A stretch of DNA of 64,000 nt from Ignavibacteriales bacterium (GTDB taxonomy: Bacteria; Bacteroidota; Ignavibacteria; UBA10030; UBA6906), in contig JBBIRR010000019.1 in NCBI GenBank assembly GCA_037441705.1, forward strand, positions 8,144 to 72,143, in the 5' to 3' direction. Position 1 is the first letter of the stretch. Every line of letters begins with the position of its first letter. Both the position numbers and the translations under genes were made by a program. Below, piece by piece: positions 59,864 through 64,000 of this stretch. Under the pieces are notes generated by a model. The model was not told where the DNA came from. It ran no database searches and saw nothing but the letters and a program-made list of their open reading frames with translations.

Positions 59864-60517
59864 ATGCGCAAGATTCTCTCCATAATTCAGATCTTGTGCC
59901 TGAGTGACTACGCCGCAGCACAGCACCACTGGTCCTTCGACTACTCCGTCACGCTTCCTTACAACCTCCCGCTTTCTCTCACAATCGAACAGCAAGGCGC
60001 GTCGGATATTTCACTCGCTCCGCGTTTTCGTTCCGAGCCTCTCGTGGTGCCCATTACGTGGAAGTGGCAGATCAGTTACTGGTCGGACAGCACCGCGTGG
60101 TCGCTCATGGCAATTCATCACAAACTCTATCTGGAAAATCGTCCACCGGAAGTTGAAGAGTTTGCCATCACGCACGGCTACAACATCATCTCGATTGTGC
60201 GAAGCTGGCAGATGCCGCACTTCATGCTCGGCGTTGGGGCCGGCATCGTGCTCGCGCATCCGGAGATCTCTGTACGCGGCAAACGCCTGCCGGAGAACCG
60301 CGGCATCATGAACTCAGGCTACTACATTGCCGGACCCAACATCGCATTCGCGGTCGGCAGACGATGGTACGTCGTCGGCGGAATCTATCTGCTGGGCGAG
60401 GCGATGGTGCACGCATCCTACGCGTCGGTTCCCATCGCCGACGGAACGGCAAGACTGTTTAGCGTTGTGGCGCATGTCAGTGTCGGTCTGGGATTCAGCG
60501 TCGGGCACACGGAATGA
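59864..60517 (+). CDS. Outer-membrane beta-barrel protein, weakly LpxQ-like
   Basis: Signal-like N-terminus; HHKLYL, ITHGYN, GVGAGIVLAHPE, YIAGP; ends in GLGFS strand. Confidence 0.5.
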   Translation: MRKILSIIQILCLSDYAAAQHHWSFDYSVTLPYNLPLSLTIEQQGASDISLAPRFRSEPLVVPITWKWQISYWSDSTAWSLMAIHHKLYLENRPPEVEEFAITHGYNIISIVRSWQMPHFMLGVGAGIVLAHPEISVRGKRLPENRGIMNSGYYIAGPNIAFAVGRRWYVVGGIYLLGEAMVHASYASVPIADGTARLFSVVAHVSVGLGFSVGHTE

Positions 60518-60657
60518 CCGTTTTTGGAGTGCACGAGCGCCCTGCGCAGCGTTGCGTGCCGATCTGTGGTTTGGGCTGCTGGATTAAGTTGGGATTTGTT
60601 GATACATTGGGACGTCGCAGCTGCTGCGAGTTCTTTCACATCACCTGGAGGTACGTC

Positions 60658-61530
60658 ATGAGAGCCATCTGGAAGGGCCACATTCGCTTCTCACTCGTCA
60701 CGATCCCCGTGCGCATCTACAACGCTGTGGACACGGATCAGACGATCCGCTTCAATCAACTCCACAAGGAAGATCACGGGCAAATCGGTTACGACAAGAA
60801 ATGCAAGAAATGCAACAAGGTTGTTACCTCCGACGAGATTGTGAAAGGCTACCCGTACGAGCCTGACCGATTCGTGATCGTAGAGAAGGAAGACCTCGAC
60901 AAGCTGAAGCTCAAGAGCACGAAGATCATTGAGATCGAAGGCTTCATCGATGCAAGCGAAGTCCACCCAACACTGTACGAAGCGCCGTACTATGCGGGTC
61001 CGGACGGGCCGGTTGCCGTGAAGGCGTACGCGCTGCTCGCCGCGACGTTGAAGGAGACGCGCAAAATGGGCATCGGCAAAGTTGTACTGCGCGACCGCGA
61101 AGATGTTGTGATGATTGCGCCGCACGAGAACGGCATCTGCCTGTACAAGCTTCGCTCGCCGAAGGAAGTCCGCAGCATCGCCGACGTTCCTCAGATCGAC
61201 AGCAAGGGCGTGGACAAGAAACAACTTGAGCTTGCCAAGAACCTTGTCGAGTCCATGGAAACCACGCTGGATAAGCTCGACCTCACCGACAAGTACAACG
61301 ATGCCTTGCGTGAGATGATCGAAGCGAAGATCGAAGGCAAGCAGATTGTGACGGTCGAGGAGGAAGAGAAGCCGATCGTGGACATCATGACGGCCCTGAA
61401 ACAAAGCATCGAGCAGGCGAAAGCCCAGCGCAAGCCGATGGAAAAGGCAAAGGGCGAGAAGAAGAAGGCAGCAGTAAAAGCTTCGGTCAACGGCAAGCAC
61501 GCGAAAGCCAAGAAAGTGAAAGCCGCGTGA
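60658..61530 (+). CDS. ku: NHEJ Ku protein
   Basis: MRAIWKGHIRFSLVTIPV, EIVKGY, PYY, AYALL, D.YN, VDIMTALKQS, Lys-rich tail; GGAGG RBS. Confidence 0.96.
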   Translation: MRAIWKGHIRFSLVTIPVRIYNAVDTDQTIRFNQLHKEDHGQIGYDKKCKKCNKVVTSDEIVKGYPYEPDRFVIVEKEDLDKLKLKSTKIIEIEGFIDASEVHPTLYEAPYYAGPDGPVAVKAYALLAATLKETRKMGIGKVVLRDREDVVMIAPHENGICLYKLRSPKEVRSIADVPQIDSKGVDKKQLELAKNLVESMETTLDKLDLTDKYNDALREMIEAKIEGKQIVTVEEEEKPIVDIMTALKQSIEQAKAQRKPMEKAKGEKKKAAVKASVNGKHAKAKKVKAA

Positions 61531-61558
61531 TACCGAGGCAAGTCATAAAGGATTTCTT

Positions 61559-62191
61559 GTGAGCGCAAAGGTGGGAAAGATCCTGGAGCTTGTCCCGAAG
61601 AAGCCCGCGAAGTTCGACTTCGAGAAGGTCAAGAAACGCAAGAAGGCGCGCAGCGGAAGTCCGGGGCAATTGAATCTGTTCGGTTCGGGCGGGCACGTTC
61701 TCCGCATGCCGTCAACCGTGGGGCCGTTCGAAGAAGCGCTGCTGCTCGACGAACGCGACGATGCGCGAGCAGAGCAGGCGTACCGTCGCGCGATCGAAGA
61801 AGGCGACGACGTTGCCGACTCCTACTGCAACCTCGGGATTATCATGTCGAAGAAAGGGGAACGCGTCAAGGCGTTCGACTGCTTCACCAAATCGCTCGAA
61901 CACAACCCGCGGCACTTCGAATCGCATTACAACCTCGGGAATCTCTACTTTGATGAAGAAAACTTCCGCCTCGCGCGGCTCCACTATGAGCTTGCCGCAG
62001 AACTGGAGCCCGAACACGCGGGCGTGTACTTCAACCTGGGACTCACGCAAGCGTTGAGCAACGATCTTCCCGGCGCACTCCACTCGCTGCGAAAATACAA
62101 ATCGCTCGCCTCGAAGGAAGAAGCACGCAAGGCAGACGATCTGGTGGAGCACTTAGAGAGAATCGTCAGCGGTACCAAGCACAGCGCATAG
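61559..62191 (+). CDS. TPR protein with basic N-terminus and QLNLF motif
   Basis: YCNLG, HYNLG, YFNLG TPR helices; GQLNLF at residues 36-41. Confidence 0.85.
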   Translation: MSAKVGKILELVPKKPAKFDFEKVKKRKKARSGSPGQLNLFGSGGHVLRMPSTVGPFEEALLLDERDDARAEQAYRRAIEEGDDVADSYCNLGIIMSKKGERVKAFDCFTKSLEHNPRHFESHYNLGNLYFDEENFRLARLHYELAAELEPEHAGVYFNLGLTQALSNDLPGALHSLRKYKSLASKEEARKADDLVEHLERIVSGTKHSA

Positions 62192-62202
62192 ACCTTCGCC
62201 GC

Positions 62203-63330
62203 CTACCCCATCTGCATCGCCTCAGAGAAGACCTGCACGTGTTTCTTTGCCGATTCTTCCCATCGGAACTGCTGCACGCGCGCAACGCCTTTCACCAGCA
62301 GGAGCTGACGCAAGTGCGGATCGGTAAGCATCCTGTACATTCCGTCGGCAATGCTTTCGACGTCGTGCGGGTCAACGTACAGTGCGGCATCGGCACACAC
62401 TTCCGGCAGGCTCGACACCCGCGAGACCACCACCGGAACCCGATGCGCCATTCCTTCTAACGGCGGGAAGCCAAACCCTTCGTAGAACGACGGAAAGACA
62501 AGCAGCGACGCCTTCCGGTAGAGACGCTCCATCTCGTCGGACGGGACATGGCCTCGGTACACCACCCGACCCTCTTCAATCTGACAGTCATGCAAGCGCA
62601 GGTGCTGCAGCTTTCTCTTCATCTGTCGCGACCCGTGCCCCGTGATGACCAGCTTGTGCGGCACATAATCCTTGATGCGGCTGAACGCGCGAAGCACACC
62701 CTCGAAATTCTTCATCCCCACAAGCCTGCCCGTAAATAGAATGAACGGTTCCACCTCGTCGCTGCTGGACTGCACCGCCTCGTGCAGCGACTGACGGACG
62801 CCGTTGTGAATCACCTGAACTTTGTCGTCGCTCAGGCCATACACCTGCATGAGGAGTTCTTTCGTGTGATGCGACGGCGTAATGACGGATCGTGCACGCC
62901 TGACGACAAACGGAAGGAGATACTTGTAGTACAGGTACTGCTTCTTGTGACTCTTGCGGAAGAGAAGAGGAATGACGTCATGAATCGTAATAATCTGGTT
63001 TGAGCGGAAGAACATCGCCTCGAGCTGAGTGGCAACAAATGCCAGCGAACGCCTATGTTTCCATGAGAGATAGTTCGAGTAGAGGAGCCGGAGGAAATGT
63101 CCGCGAAACGCATGATCGGGAGAGACGATGCCCGAGACCCAGCGCAGCTCGCAGTGCGGCGGAAAGACGATATCCTTCAAATGCTCCCTGCACGTCGTGT
63201 TGACGTAGATAATGAAGCGCAGAGGCGTCTGCATCCGGGCAAGCTCGCGCAGCAGGTTGAGGGTGTACACGCCCAGGCCATCAATGTACCTGCCGATGTT
63301 TGTTGCGTTGATGATGATGGGATCAGTCAT
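62203..63330 (-). CDS. GT4 family glycosyltransferase
   Basis: TIHD, IHNG, KN, FPSFYEGFGFPPLEGMA, SSLPEV. Confidence 0.92.
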   Translation of the reverse strand: MTDPIIINATNIGRYIDGLGVYTLNLLRELARMQTPLRFIIYVNTTCREHLKDIVFPPHCELRWVSGIVSPDHAFRGHFLRLLYSNYLSWKHRRSLAFVATQLEAMFFRSNQIITIHDVIPLLFRKSHKKQYLYYKYLLPFVVRRARSVITPSHHTKELLMQVYGLSDDKVQVIHNGVRQSLHEAVQSSSDEVEPFILFTGRLVGMKNFEGVLRAFSRIKDYVPHKLVITGHGSRQMKRKLQHLRLHDCQIEEGRVVYRGHVPSDEMERLYRKASLLVFPSFYEGFGFPPLEGMAHRVPVVVSRVSSLPEVCADAALYVDPHDVESIADGMYRMLTDPHLRQLLLVKGVARVQQFRWEESAKKHVQVFSEAMQMG

Positions 63331-64000
63331 AATGCCCTCCGGCGGTGCGGTACGCGTTCGCGACGTCCAGCGGTACACCATCCATCACGACTCTTCCCTT
63401 GTCCAGCCAGATCAGCCGCGAACATTGCGTGACGAGGAAATCAAGATTGTGGGAAACAAACACGGTCGTCGTCCCCTGCTTCATCAGTCGCTGCATGCGA
63501 ACGATGCACTTGCGCATGAAGAACTCATCGCCAACGCCGAAGACTTCATCCACCAACAGAACTTCGGGTCGGACGTCGGTTGCAAGGGCAAACGCGAGAC
63601 GTGCATACATGCCCGAGGAATACGCCTTGACCGGCTCGTCAAAGAAGTCTCCCAACTCGGAGAACTCAAGAATGCCCGGGATGCGTTCGCGTATTTGTTG
63701 TTCAGAATATCCCATTAGCATGCCGGCGAGGTAGCAATTCTCACGCCCTGACAGATCCAGATGGAACCCGATGCCCAGCTCCAGCAGCGGCACGATGTGC
63801 TTCCTCCGGTTCACAAAAATACCGCCCGCCTGCGGCGTAATGACGCCCGTGAGCACCCGCATCAGCGTCGTCTTGCCGGCGCCGTTGCATCCGATAAGCC
63901 CTACATGCTCGCCCTCGTTGATGATCAACGAGACGCCGCTGAGCGCTTTGAACGTCGGCTCTTCCGCATCATCGAGTATCAGCGATAGGGCATGCAGCAG
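63323..64000 (-). CDS. Wzt-type polysaccharide ABC transporter ATPase (5' end outside window)
   Basis: GCNGAGKT, LSGREN, PVKAYSSGM.ARLAF, VDEVFGVGD, VSH; frame open to window end. Confidence 0.9.
   Translation of the reverse strand: MLHALSLILDDAEEPTFKALSGVSLIINEGEHVGLIGCNGAGKTTLMRVLTGVITPQAGGIFVNRRKHIVPLLELGIGFHLDLSGRENCYLAGMLMGYSEQQIRERIPGILEFSELGDFFDEPVKAYSSGMYARLAFALATDVRPEVLLVDEVFGVGDEFFMRKCIVRMQRLMKQGTTTVFVSHNLDFLVTQCSRLIWLDKGRVVMDGVPLDVANAYRTAGGHYD

Noticed and set aside
60514-60657. Cys-containing N-terminal extension of Ku in the ORF track
   Set aside because: The canonical MRAIWKG start with GGAGG RBS is at 60658.

Overview
This looks like chromosomal DNA from a GC-rich FCB-group bacterium, most likely Ignavibacteria/Chlorobi-like. 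That assignment is inferred from T9SS genes occurring together with classical TTGACA-N17-TATAAT-type promoters and Shine-Dalgarno sites. Bases 1-47.5 kb are mostly core genes: argS, rsfS, panC, arginase, accD, tsaBE, porX, sprA, lptFG, a peptidase-propeller-Omp85 protein, an M6-like T9SS cargo, porV, porU, glgA, gmhB, glyA, tatC, prmA, ppx and yitJ. Bases 47.6-62.2 kb are accessory: an orphan sensor kinase, an ECF sigma factor with a cytochrome c gene, and a DNA-repair cluster (DUF72, LigD, a DUF433/DUF5615 toxin-antitoxin pair, Ku, a TPR protein). The window ends in a polysaccharide locus. Four leads stand out. (1) A ~1.8 kb AT-richer islet with an ABC/AAA_21 ATPase and a frameshifted TOPRIM-like gene, a candidate defence module, sits in the 3' end of the DUF72 gene. 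It has a 21-bp direct repeat and a dif/attC-like site at one junction but no integrase. (2) The TPR protein next to Ku carries a beta-clamp-type QLNLF motif. (3) A ~240-nt structured leader with terminator/antiterminator precedes porU-porV, and its promoter resembles the sprA promoter. (4) The M6-like T9SS cargo has lost its HExxH motif. No rRNA, tRNA or CRISPR array was seen. All family assignments are from motif recognition by eye; no searches were run.
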